This document shows, in pieces, positions 8,821-18,390 of a stretch of 64,000 nucleotides of DNA; the stretch's first letter is position 1; every line of letters starts with the position of its first letter. Under the pieces are notes generated by a model that did not search any database, was not told where the DNA came from, and was given only the letters and a program-made list of their open reading frames with translations. This stretch comes from a virus. Taxonomy: Duplodnaviria; Caudoviricetes. The position numbers and the translations under genes were made by a program. The stretch is from the IMG/VR virus record IMGVR_UViG_3300012943_000004, positions 1 through 64,000 of that record; one strand, 5' to 3'.

Positions 8821-10044
8821 TTAAATGACAGTTACGGATGAACCCGAACCTGGAGTTCCCGAGACGTGTCCCTTGTAAGTTTCAATTGTAGCTCCACCGA
8901 CCACGCTAACAACACAATTACTACCGCCTGCAAAGCGAACGGCAAACATCTGGCCTGCAGAGGGAAGCTCCCACTTCATACCTCCGTTGCCACGCTGATA
9001 AGAGACACCTGAAACATAGCAACGAGATCCTGCAATAACAAAGCCAGCTGAATTATTTGGATCAGTTCCGTCCCCGCAAGAATCTGCATTACAACCTGAA
9101 ACTGAAGAATTTGTGCCCCCGACGTAGAAGCCGTTACCGATTACATCTTGAGCTTCACAGCCCGTAACGGTACATCTTCCTGAGCTGATTTGGAAAGCGT
9201 TTGCGGGAGCTCCGGCCTTTCCGATACCGTATGCTTTGCAACAAGAAACTTTACTGTTGCCTCCGGCGACATTATAGCCACCACCTCTGCAGCCCTGGAC
9301 TGAACAGAACTGAATAAATCCATCAGAACTGTCCGCCCAATTGAACCCAAAACCTCCGCAGACCTGTGCGCGACAATCTGTAATATGAAACTCACGACAA
9401 GCCCCAGCGCGAGCCCCGCCGAGTCTAAAGCCATCACTTACTGCCTGGAAGACATCTACGCCTCGAACTCTGTGCATAGGGTCAGGACCAAGTACGACTG
9501 GCGCTCCGTCCTGACGAAGATAGACTCCAAATCCAACCTTGTTCCGACAGTCTACCTGAAGGTTTTCAACAGTAACCCTCGCGCCGGCGAATCCAGAAGG
9601 AGTTAGAATCATAGCTTCGCCAGACCATGTTGCAACATTTGCAACGATGTTTGTTGCGGGAGACCCAGCTCCAGAAAGGGTATTCCTGTCGCCCAGGACG
9701 ATCGGACCCTTTGTAATATACTGTCCCGCAAGAAGTCTTACGCTACCTCCTACTCCTCCGCTGAACGCCGAAGCGTCTTTAAGTGCCTGGTTAATCGCAA
9801 CCTCGCACGCCCCCTGGGTGACCTCATACGAAGCTCCTGAGCCAGGAAGCCCAACCGTGAACTTTTCGCTAGCGCCGCCAGTTGGAGGCTGACCTGGCTC
9901 GTCGATCTTGCTTTGGAGTTCAGCGATATCAGACTGATTCTTGTCGATGCGCGTGACAGCTAGCGTGAGTCCGCCCTCTGCTGTATCTATACGACTTGAA
10001 AGTGTCGCAAGTTCTTCATCAAGGGCTTCTGTATAGTCAGTCAC
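8821..10044 (-). CDS. right-handed beta-helix (pectate-lyase-like) tail spike / depolymerase
   Basis: N-terminal coiled coil, AINQAL..A...GGSVRLLAGQY...PI..... motif, repeated G/N/C-rich beta-helix coils. Confidence 0.8.
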   Translation of the reverse strand: MTDYTEALDEELATLSSRIDTAEGGLTLAVTRIDKNQSDIAELQSKIDEPGQPPTGGASEKFTVGLPGSGASYEVTQGACEVAINQALKDASAFSGGVGGSVRLLAGQYITKGPIVLGDRNTLSGAGSPATNIVANVATWSGEAMILTPSGFAGARVTVENLQVDCRNKVGFGVYLRQDGAPVVLGPDPMHRVRGVDVFQAVSDGFRLGGARAGACREFHITDCRAQVCGGFGFNWADSSDGFIQFCSVQGCRGGGYNVAGGNSKVSCCKAYGIGKAGAPANAFQISSGRCTVTGCEAQDVIGNGFYVGGTNSSVSGCNADSCGDGTDPNNSAGFVIAGSRCYVSGVSYQRGNGGMKWELPSAGQMFAVRFAGGSNCVVSVVGGATIETYKGHVSGTPGSGSSVTVI

Positions 10045-10060
10045 TCTAACTCCTTTATTC

Positions 10061-12010
10061 TCAGGAATGCAACTTATGGTTTACTGCATGCACCCAAGAA
10101 CCGGACTTCGCTCTACGTGTGAATGTAGTATCTGAGTCTGGCGTTCCGGTAGGCGCAGGCATTTGAGCAGTATCGGCAGCGATATCATCCAGATACGCTA
10201 TCCAGTTTACAGGGTGTCCCGAGATAGCACCCCACATAATATTAGAAATAACAACCCCGGAAAGTGCGCCTGTTAGCACTTCGGTTGGCGTAGAGCCTTC
10301 GAGGTTTGTCTTAGTGTAAATACCAAGAGACTGCGTACCTAAGTCTAAGTTGAGCGTCCAGTCGAATCTAGTCCATTTATTCAGTGCCTGCGGCTGAATT
10401 GAATTACCAAGTACGGTAAAGCCATTAGTTAATCGAATGGTGCCGTTTGTGTTAATCCAGTACGCAGCTTGCAAGGTAGCGCCATCTGCAACGTGACAGA
10501 ACTGAACAATAGCGGGCGCGATTGCCGTAAAGTATGCGTAGGTTCTAATGAAAATCTTGCCATCAGATATAGCAGTAAAGTTCTTACGAACGGTAACATT
10601 GTCACCCGCGCCTGTTGAATCTAGCTTCGCAGAAAGGCTACCTCGCTTCTTAATTGCAGAATCGAAGGTAACGGATCCAGCAAAAGAATCTAGAGTGGTA
10701 TTGGACGAAGTTAACGCAGCTCCGTTGGTTCCACTTTCGAAGGGCTCGTCTACAACTACTGTGGTTGGCGGCGTAACTAAAGGCGTAACTGTTTCATCAG
10801 TTACTCTGACCTTATCAAACCAGCCTGTAAAGTTTATTCCAACACCAGCGACTAGGCCAGCCCTGAATTTGCTAGCGGTTGGCCCTGTGTATGCTCCTTG
10901 AATAAACTCAGTTGGAACATCTGTATCTAATTGCGAACCCTTAAAGATTCGAAGTTCTTGTTTTCCGGTCGAAGCGTTAGTGTGCCATTCGAGGTGCATT
11001 CTAGAGCCAGGAACGTAATCTGAAAGAGATCGCGCAACCTGAGTTCCGACATTACGAATGCTTAATGTACCGTCGGTTTCAACTCTAACTGCTCCTGTTA
11101 GTGTTGAACCATTTACCACGGACGCAACAGTAAGGCCAGTTCCGACAGGCAGGCTAGACAGCCAGAAATCAAAGTAACACGAGAGGTCGTCGTTTGAAGT
11201 AAACGCTTTCTCCATAACCTGCGCAGTGGCGCTAGCCCCGGAATCTACCTTGGCCGAAAGCGTGCCGATTTTCTTTACATTATCAAACGTCAGTCCGCCG
11301 CCGCTAATGGTACTGAAATCTGTTGTAATATTTGTAAGCGGATCGCTTAGCGTACCGGCCTCGAAGCCCTCATTAATGAAGGTTGTTATCGTACTAAGAG
11401 GAGGCATGGGCGCTGTATAAACATCTCGCAGATTTATATCGTCAAACCAGCCCATCCAGCTAGCTGGTGGACTTGCAACCGCACCATGCTGATATCGAGT
11501 TATTGCACCCTTTGTATATGTAGCATTTAGCAATTCATTAGGCGGATCGCCTGGGTCTGCATTCTTATAAACTCGTAATTCAGAAGCGCCATGAGTTTGC
11601 GATACGTTCCATTCCAGATGTAAATGATTTAACGGAGCAACATTAAGCAAAGTTGTTGCTACCGTAGTGGAGCCATCTGTAATTGCGAGAGCGCCCACCG
11701 ATGTCAGTTTAATCTGTGAAGCGGCTCCAACGGAATCATTAACCTGCGCAATTACCATTGTCGAAGCAGGGAGCGCAGATATCCATACATCTAGAACTAT
11801 CGATACATCAGGCGCTGCAGTAATGTTTCTAAGCAAAGAACAAAAAGTAGAGCCTACACCAGTATCGCATCTAGCAGCTAACGACCCATTCTTATGCGCA
11901 TTACTGTAAATCCAAGGCCCGTTAACCTGACTATAATTCGGCTCTACACTGGTAGTAATAGAGTTGCCATTTGTACCAGATTCGAAATCCGTATTAATAA
12001 GAGTAGTCAC
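10061..12010 (-). CDS. protein with three tandem ~200-aa beta-sandwich (ConA/LamG-like) domains; putative glycan-binding virion protein
   Basis: Repeats start DFESGTNG / GFEAGT / PFESGTNG, share (K)xGxLxAxxD and end WFDD / WFDK / YLDD; Pro/Thr linkers. Confidence 0.75.
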   Translation of the reverse strand: MTTLINTDFESGTNGNSITTSVEPNYSQVNGPWIYSNAHKNGSLAARCDTGVGSTFCSLLRNITAAPDVSIVLDVWISALPASTMVIAQVNDSVGAASQIKLTSVGALAITDGSTTVATTLLNVAPLNHLHLEWNVSQTHGASELRVYKNADPGDPPNELLNATYTKGAITRYQHGAVASPPASWMGWFDDINLRDVYTAPMPPLSTITTFINEGFEAGTLSDPLTNITTDFSTISGGGLTFDNVKKIGTLSAKVDSGASATAQVMEKAFTSNDDLSCYFDFWLSSLPVGTGLTVASVVNGSTLTGAVRVETDGTLSIRNVGTQVARSLSDYVPGSRMHLEWHTNASTGKQELRIFKGSQLDTDVPTEFIQGAYTGPTASKFRAGLVAGVGINFTGWFDKVRVTDETVTPLVTPPTTVVVDEPFESGTNGAALTSSNTTLDSFAGSVTFDSAIKKRGSLSAKLDSTGAGDNVTVRKNFTAISDGKIFIRTYAYFTAIAPAIVQFCHVADGATLQAAYWINTNGTIRLTNGFTVLGNSIQPQALNKWTRFDWTLNLDLGTQSLGIYTKTNLEGSTPTEVLTGALSGVVISNIMWGAISGHPVNWIAYLDDIAADTAQMPAPTGTPDSDTTFTRRAKSGSWVHAVNHKLHS

Positions 12011-13098
12011 GGAAGGTTCACTACTCCAACCTTCTTTGTGTTAGAGACAAAGGCATTCAATTTACTCAGGTTTGGAATATAGACTCTTGGTGAAGGATAA
12101 TACGGCGGATACTGCTCGTAAGCGTCTAAATACCATGCTCCCCAGGGAGCATTTAGACCCGAATTGAAATAGCTCATTCCTACAACATTACGAGCTAAAC
12201 AGAAATCGTATGCATCCAGAATGAATTGCGCAGCGGAATCATTGTTAGGAATAGTTGCACTGTTTATCCAGCCGTAATGCACGCCATATTCTGCAAACAG
12301 GATAGGCCAATTCCCCTCGCCAAACTTCTGGATTCCATCAATGACGTTACCGAATACTCTTTGCATATCACCGAATGGCTGATAGGGCTTAGTCTTGGGA
12401 GGATCCCACGTAGGATGAGACCCTGGCTCATAAGTCCACCACTCGTTATATGAATCTACCCCTTGAATATCAGCAGACTCTACAAACCAAATAGACGGAT
12501 CAGGGTCGCCACCGACCTGAAAAGCAAAGCCATTCATAATCGGGACATGAGCAACATTAGGAGCTAGCGGCTTCATTACTGAAGTAACTCTTGCATACAT
12601 AGCAGTCCAGCTTTCTGCTGGACCGTCACCCCTCGGCTCGGGCGCAATACTCAACCACACCGGGCCAGAAAGGTCCGCAAGCGCATTAGCCATAGAAATA
12701 AGCCAGGCGTCCTGATCGCCAGCGGCAACTGAATCCCAATCTGCACCACGGCCTCCACCTAAACTCGGAGGATGAATAGAGACTACTGGTATCCTCTTGT
12801 TTTCGATATCGTCGCTCGCTGCATCGACCATAGAGGACACGAGAGTTGAATTGGGATAGTAGGTTCTATGAATGCCTGCTCTATACTCGCCCGTAGGGTC
12901 TACCTGTAACTCAAATTGCCTAATTGTCTGCCGACCGGGCTCAGTAGAAGTACCATAGTACATTTTACCAATACCCTGGTCGCCTGGAAACCTTGGCCCT
13001 GGCCAGACCGGGGTTCCACCTGGGACCATAAGCCCGCTATAGAGATTAGTCCAGTTAGGCTTTGTGCGTTTATACGCATCAGTAAGAACGCTCGTCAC
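12007..13098 (-). CDS. GH26-like glycoside hydrolase (clan GH-A TIM barrel)
   Basis: GIHRTYY, WLSIAPEP (acid/base Glu), GVDSYN, ILFAEYG (nucleophile Glu); GTG start at 13098 overlaps upstream TGA. Confidence 0.8.
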   Translation of the reverse strand: MTSVLTDAYKRTKPNWTNLYSGLMVPGGTPVWPGPRFPGDQGIGKMYYGTSTEPGRQTIRQFELQVDPTGEYRAGIHRTYYPNSTLVSSMVDAASDDIENKRIPVVSIHPPSLGGGRGADWDSVAAGDQDAWLISMANALADLSGPVWLSIAPEPRGDGPAESWTAMYARVTSVMKPLAPNVAHVPIMNGFAFQVGGDPDPSIWFVESADIQGVDSYNEWWTYEPGSHPTWDPPKTKPYQPFGDMQRVFGNVIDGIQKFGEGNWPILFAEYGVHYGWINSATIPNNDSAAQFILDAYDFCLARNVVGMSYFNSGLNAPWGAWYLDAYEQYPPYYPSPRVYIPNLSKLNAFVSNTKKVGVVNLP

Positions 13099-14006
13099 GC
13101 CTGGTCCTCGATCCAAATATCTCCATTAAGCGCGCCACCTGTGCCGATTACTGGAGCGGGCGCAACGCCAATCCACTGAACAACAATACTTGAATTAGCT
13201 GTCGGACGAGTAGGCCATGCTCCTCCACTGGACTTATGAACCGTTATCGTTGCCCCCGGTGGAAGCAAATCATAACTGAATGTTCCTGATGTAACCTGCC
13301 CTGCAGGAAGATCTGGAACTAACTCTAATAGCAGGTCGCCCGTTGTTTCATCGAAGTAATCATCTGGATCGAAACCCGCACCTGCAGGACCAGTTAGATT
13401 ACCTCTTAGTGTCCATACTGTAGAGCCAGTTTTCTCATAATAATCGCCATTATTTCTGAGATAGAAATCGCTAACCTTGCCGAGAGAAGAAGAAGGTGCT
13501 CCCGATCCGGTATACCAAGTTGAGCCACCTCCACCTTCACCGCCTTCTACAATCACGTTTCCGGTCATTCCATTAACCGAAAGAACTGCAGGAATCGTAG
13601 CAAGAACTGGAGTTGTTGGAACTCCATCTGCTACAGAATCAAGATCGACAACGTCCTGTCCGACTAGCGGAGAAATATTCTTGGTAAAAGTTGTTCCCGG
13701 CCCTCCGCTCCCGCTTTTAATATTAACGACGCACTTGTAAGCCCAATTCTTAATCTCCTGCATATTGGGATCAACAAAGCCATCTTGGTCAACATGAGGC
13801 ACCTGGAAAGAGATCTCTCCGCTAACCGCTCCCTCAAAAGTCTTAGCTTCTGGGGCGAACTCCTGTCCAGTTTCCGTCCACACCAGGTGCGAAGCTGTAC
13901 CCAACAGGGGAGTGACCGTTACAGAGATAGAGAAATCATCGCCGAAGAAGTTGAGTGAAGAGCCAGCAGTAATTGTACAGACTGAAATACTCGGCGGAAC
14001 AGCCAT
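13095..14006 (-). CDS. minor tail / fibre-associated protein
   Basis: WYTGSGAPSSSLGKVSDFYL..NGDYYEKT..W..RGNLTGPAG motif common in tail fibres; GGAAAGGA RBS. Confidence 0.75.
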   Translation of the reverse strand: MAVPPSISVCTITAGSSLNFFGDDFSISVTVTPLLGTASHLVWTETGQEFAPEAKTFEGAVSGEISFQVPHVDQDGFVDPNMQEIKNWAYKCVVNIKSGSGGPGTTFTKNISPLVGQDVVDLDSVADGVPTTPVLATIPAVLSVNGMTGNVIVEGGEGGGGSTWYTGSGAPSSSLGKVSDFYLRNNGDYYEKTGSTVWTLRGNLTGPAGAGFDPDDYFDETTGDLLLELVPDLPAGQVTSGTFSYDLLPPGATITVHKSSGGAWPTRPTANSSIVVQWIGVAPAPVIGTGGALNGDIWIEDQA

Positions 14007-14048
14007 CTTTGTCCTTTCCGTTCCTTTTTCTTACTGCCGGTTGCCCAG

Positions 14049-14077
14049 AGTCTAGATTCAAACTTGCAATTTGTCAA
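14049..14077 (-). promoter_or_regulatory. sigma70/HrdB-type internal promoter TTGACA-N17-TAGACT
   Basis: On the - strand, TTGACA (14077-14072), 17-nt spacer, TAGACT (14054-14049), in a 110-nt gap in front of the 14006 gene. Confidence 0.75.
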
Positions 14078-14116
14078 GGACGCTTACTGTACATTCTATG
14101 ATCTTATCGGACTTCA

Positions 14117-14821
14117 TCAGAGCATCGCAAAGAACTGGCCGGGATTCGGAGTAGGACTACTGGCAGGCTTAAGTGCCAGGGATGCCATACCTCCCGATGC
14201 AGATATAGCATAGGAAGCGGTATACGGGCCATAGGTGCCTGCTGCGCCTGGCGTAGTCAGTGTTCCTGCAGCGGCTGATGTATTAACCTGGCCTGAACCA
14301 AAGCCAGTAGCAACAGCGCCTCGGCCTGTATGGCTACCTGGGACCGTAATTGAGGGCGGCGTTCCAGCACTATTGCGCCCCGCCCAGAAGTTCAGAATCC
14401 ATGCGTTCGCTGACAATGAAGTGATCGCAGATGCGTCATGCGTTGTGGCGGCGGCTTCATTAGTCATATCTTGTGCCTCGATAGGCGTTGTCGTATCAAC
14501 ACCAGAGAAACCCACCAGAATGCCACAAGGTCGCTGAGCTGTAGCAACTGTCCAAGTCTTAGTACCTACGAGATCGCCAGATACGAGCACCTTGTAATAG
14601 ACGTACATAGTGACTTGGTTGCCAGAGACTGGCGAAAGAGTAAGCTGCGACCATCCTGCGGGAGCCGAGGACATAACCACTCCGTTAGCCGAGCAGACGA
14701 TTGCCGCCACGGCCAGGTCGTCGACCTGCGAGCCGAGCGGCAGGGACAGGACGATGTTGGCGGTCGTGCTACTGATGCCGTTGTTGGCGACGTTCCCGCC
14801 ACGGTAGCCGATGCCAGTCAC
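14117..14821 (-). CDS. minor tail protein (single beta-rich domain)
   Basis: SQVDDLAVA..V ... SAPAGWSQL ... MYVYYKV pattern seen in actinophage tail proteins. Confidence 0.7.
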   Translation of the reverse strand: MTGIGYRGGNVANNGISSTTANIVLSLPLGSQVDDLAVAAIVCSANGVVMSSAPAGWSQLTLSPVSGNQVTMYVYYKVLVSGDLVGTKTWTVATAQRPCGILVGFSGVDTTTPIEAQDMTNEAAATTHDASAITSLSANAWILNFWAGRNSAGTPPSITVPGSHTGRGAVATGFGSGQVNTSAAAGTLTTPGAAGTYGPYTASYAISASGGMASLALKPASSPTPNPGQFFAML

Positions 14822-14822
14822 G

Positions 14823-16154
14823 TCAGTAGCCTACCGCATCTGCAGCCATTACTACCCATTTAGTCGCAAACACTGCATCCCAGACGAGTAAGATTGTATG
14901 AACCATTCCAGAGACGGTAGTGGTCGGGAATGAAGCAACACCAGAACTAATGATAGACGAACCTGTCGTTATGGCGCGCGCCGTTCCGTTATCTTTAATT
15001 CGTAGAAGGAGCTGCTGGTTGTGTGTTGGCGTCCCGGTAATCGTAATACTTGTAATCGCAGCCGCCAATGCAGTTATGTCGTAACCGTCGTAAGAGTCGC
15101 CGTTGATACTCGGAGTAGCACTCGAAGTGGTCGTGCCGACCCTCTGCGTGACTCGCTTATTCGTGAGTGTTTGTGCATCCGCTGCCCCTACGACGGTCCC
15201 TGACGGTGGCGTCTTGGTGGCCCACGTGTCGAGATCGGCGTCCCAGGCTTGGACGTTAGTGCCGATGACCAGACCGAGGGTCGTCCGCACTTGGCTCGGG
15301 GTCCGTGACGCCCACGCAGACGAGACAGACACAAGGAAGTTGTCGGTCGTCGCGGTCAGCCCGGCGATGGTTGTCAGGTCCGAGTCCAGCGGCTGCTTCG
15401 CTGCGAGGTCGGTCACGAGGTTCGTCACGGCTGATTCTGGAATGCTAGTCAGCGATGCCCCGGAGCCGTTGGGTGCAAGGACGTCTACTCCGATCTGCAA
15501 GCCGAGGTTAACTCTTGCAGCGAGAGCGCCAGATGCGCCTGTTCCGCCGTCCGCCACAGCAACGTCAGTCGAGCCTGGCGCGTAGTAGTCAGAGCCCGCA
15601 GAGGCCGCAGAGAAGCCGCCGGAGCCGTTGCCCTTAAGGATGGCGGAACCTGACGTAGCTGGAGCATAGTCAGTACCAGAGCTAGCAATCGAGGCGACAC
15701 CGCTAGCAACCTTCACGATACCCGAGCCGGTCATACGCTTAATGATCTTGCCGGTAGTCCCCGAGAAGAGGGCGATCTCTGAATCGACAGACGACGACTG
15801 TCCGGTTACGTCTCCAGTGCCACCGCCACCGCCACCAAGGTTTGCAAGTCCCCAGGCCTTTGTTACTACGTCCTGAGAACTAACAGGATCCGCAACGTTT
15901 GTAAGTCTATTGCTTCCCATAGAGAAGTTAGCGGTCGGAGCGCCAATATCGGTTAGAGTTAAAGCCGAAAACAGATCGTCTACTTCATCTGGCGTATACC
16001 AGAGGAACGGAAGAGACATGGCATGAGTTGCGCCATCGCCTAGGACCGCCTTGCCGAGATCTGTAAAGAAGGACAGCTCACGTACGGCAAGGATTGGATC
16101 AGATATTGTGGCGTCAGCTAACGTACCGCCGCGAATCTGAATTAAAGTTGCCAT
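14823..16154 (-). CDS. tail fibre protein with Mtd_N-like N-terminus
   Basis: LIQIRGGT ... PIL..RE...TD.GK..LGDG.T....LP; NRLTNVADPVSSQDVVTK stalk motif; mosaic fibre segments. Confidence 0.8.
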   Translation of the reverse strand: MATLIQIRGGTLADATISDPILAVRELSFFTDLGKAVLGDGATHAMSLPFLWYTPDEVDDLFSALTLTDIGAPTANFSMGSNRLTNVADPVSSQDVVTKAWGLANLGGGGGGTGDVTGQSSSVDSEIALFSGTTGKIIKRMTGSGIVKVASGVASIASSGTDYAPATSGSAILKGNGSGGFSAASAGSDYYAPGSTDVAVADGGTGASGALAARVNLGLQIGVDVLAPNGSGASLTSIPESAVTNLVTDLAAKQPLDSDLTTIAGLTATTDNFLVSVSSAWASRTPSQVRTTLGLVIGTNVQAWDADLDTWATKTPPSGTVVGAADAQTLTNKRVTQRVGTTTSSATPSINGDSYDGYDITALAAAITSITITGTPTHNQQLLLRIKDNGTARAITTGSSIISSGVASFPTTTVSGMVHTILLVWDAVFATKWVVMAADAVGY

Positions 16155-16550
16155 TTACCAACCTCCACCATCGTAAGATCCATCTCCGGACCCAGATCCA
16201 TCCCACAACCCGCCGTCTATATGCGTAGTTGTCGGAACATCTCCCGTGCCAGGCGACGTCATAACCTCTGAAATAAAGTATCCACTCTTAACCCTCGAGA
16301 CTCTAACTATATCTGCATCGTCCCCATCACTCAGAATACTATGCATCGGAGTGTTAGACCGAGAAGCACTTACCCTTAATGGAGCTGTATCTCCAGCAAA
16401 CAAAATATCTGCCCAGCCCCCCTCTGCGCTGAAATCATATACGGCACCAACTCTTGGCTCAGGTCGCAACGACGCAACCTCTTTTCGAATCATAGATTTG
16501 ATAACATCTCGCATCTCAAGTGCGAGACTGTAATCATCGAAGCCGCCCAT
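16155..16550 (-). CDS. minor tail protein
   Basis: 131-aa ORF between hub and fibre genes; short beta-barrel-like N-half. Confidence 0.7.
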   Translation of the reverse strand: MGGFDDYSLALEMRDVIKSMIRKEVASLRPEPRVGAVYDFSAEGGWADILFAGDTAPLRVSASRSNTPMHSILSDGDDADIVRVSRVKSGYFISEVMTSPGTGDVPTTTHIDGGLWDGSGSGDGSYDGGGW

Positions 16551-18388
16551 TACGAAATGCTCGAAATACTCAAGTCAGGGATAGACCCAGGAGACGATTG
16601 AAACAGTCCCTGTAGCCCCTGATCATCAACAAAGGTGACTCGTTTTCCTGTAGCAGTCATAGGCTCAAGTCCAAGTGGTATCGTCATGGTATCCATCAAA
16701 AATCGAGTAGGCTCAAAAGATAAACGCTCAGGATCTAGGAACGAGATAATCTCTGCAGCCTCCATCCACGGATAGACGAATGACCCAAAGTTAATTTCAT
16801 ATGATTCTAGAGCCATTAGCTTTAAAAGCTTACGAGCATACTTTGCACATTCATCGTTAGACTCAAATATTCCAGCCTCAAAGAAGTACGGCCTATCTCC
16901 AAGACGATCTACATTTGTAGGACTGGACGGTTCATTATTAATAGCCTCGCCAAAGAAAGGCAGACTAGAATCCTGTCTGGTTCCAGTAACGATGATATGG
17001 TTATAGATTCTACTGTCGTCAACAGACCTCGAGAAGCTAGCCAAGTTCCCTTGCCTGCCGGTCTGGAACTTCCAGGAGATAGGACTAGTTGTAGGATCCA
17101 AGAACTCGCGCATAACGAGTGCATCGTCTGGACTGTAAAATAACTCGTACCCAAAAGGCGTAGCGCCATCTTTCATAGCCTGGAACCGAGGCGTACCCTT
17201 CTCGAAACTCATACGAGACTGAAACTCGTCGTCTACGTCAGGAACTTCGTACTTCGTAGTCCCATAGTTAGCTGCGATAGCTTTCACGTAATCGACTAAT
17301 TTAGTACCGGCTGGAAAACTTTCATTCTGCTCGAAAGAAGACCGCAACCCCTTTGCGGTAAAGTCTCTTCCCGTTACATGGATCGTCTTTGGTTCATAAT
17401 CCCAGCTAGGATTTTCAATACCGAAAGATCCTATCTGCGCTTCCCATGTCTTGTAGGGACGCCTGGCTTCTAGCCAGCGCATGCCATTTGCCAACAGAAT
17501 TCTTCCCTGAGCGCCGATGCTCCAAGTCTGAAAATTGAACCATCGACCGTGCGCTGAATTCGCTTCAATTGCGGCGGCTAAATTAGTCGCGGTCCCGTCA
17601 AAGTAGGTTGCACACACGGTTGCTGTGGCAGCCACGGCGGTAACGGAGCGGACGTTGGCGTGGCTCCCGTAGGATTCCGAACTCCATCCTCCGTTAAGTG
17701 GCGTATCTTTGTTGACAACATCTATTCCTGTGTTTCGGGTTGCAGAAGAAGTAACAGCCGTTACGAAAGGTATCTCGCTGTCCGTATTTCCTGCACCTGT
17801 GGTAAGGATCTTTTTACCGGCTGCATAGGCATTCTTTAAGAGGGTTGCCTTAGAGGTGCCCATAATATTGAGAGCCGAAACCAATATATCATACTGGCCA
17901 ACTTCTTCAAGAGTTGTCACGTCAAGATTCACGTCTACTTTGTTGTAGCCAATCCTTCCTAAAGTCTGCTTAAATGCATACGCATTGTCAAGGTCGCCAG
18001 CTTCAATAATGCAAATCTTTGGCGCCAGATATCTCGTAGAATACTTAATGCCACGATATACCTTCATAGACTTGTCGTACCAAAATCCACCCTCTGGATT
18101 AGGACGCAGAAGGTTATCTGAATTATCAAGAACTACATCTATAGCCCGCCGCTCATCTCTGGTAGAATCAATAGTGACTGATCCAGAAACAAGTCGTGGC
18201 GCAGCGCCGTCAGCGGTTCCTTCAGGATACCAAGGCGTCTCTCGATCGTTCTCAAAGAATGCAACACGCCGAGTAATCTTCGCCCAGCCACCCTCGATCG
18301 CATCAATGACTTCTTGAGTAGGCGGACCCGCCTGAAGTGTAACCGGACCCTCGTCCTGAGATAAGGGCATCGTTGGAGGACTAGACAC
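16550..18388 (-). CDS. baseplate hub / minor tail protein (DUF5047-like) with inserted domain
   Basis: GSVTIDSTRDERRAIDV ... VYRGI[insert]WEAQIGSF ... TGRD ... IYNHIIVTG hub pattern. Confidence 0.8.
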   Translation of the reverse strand: MSSPPTMPLSQDEGPVTLQAGPPTQEVIDAIEGGWAKITRRVAFFENDRETPWYPEGTADGAAPRLVSGSVTIDSTRDERRAIDVVLDNSDNLLRPNPEGGFWYDKSMKVYRGIKYSTRYLAPKICIIEAGDLDNAYAFKQTLGRIGYNKVDVNLDVTTLEEVGQYDILVSALNIMGTSKATLLKNAYAAGKKILTTGAGNTDSEIPFVTAVTSSATRNTGIDVVNKDTPLNGGWSSESYGSHANVRSVTAVAATATVCATYFDGTATNLAAAIEANSAHGRWFNFQTWSIGAQGRILLANGMRWLEARRPYKTWEAQIGSFGIENPSWDYEPKTIHVTGRDFTAKGLRSSFEQNESFPAGTKLVDYVKAIAANYGTTKYEVPDVDDEFQSRMSFEKGTPRFQAMKDGATPFGYELFYSPDDALVMREFLDPTTSPISWKFQTGRQGNLASFSRSVDDSRIYNHIIVTGTRQDSSLPFFGEAINNEPSSPTNVDRLGDRPYFFEAGIFESNDECAKYARKLLKLMALESYEINFGSFVYPWMEAAEIISFLDPERLSFEPTRFLMDTMTIPLGLEPMTATGKRVTFVDDQGLQGLFQSSPGSIPDLSISSIS

Positions 18389-18390
18389 AC

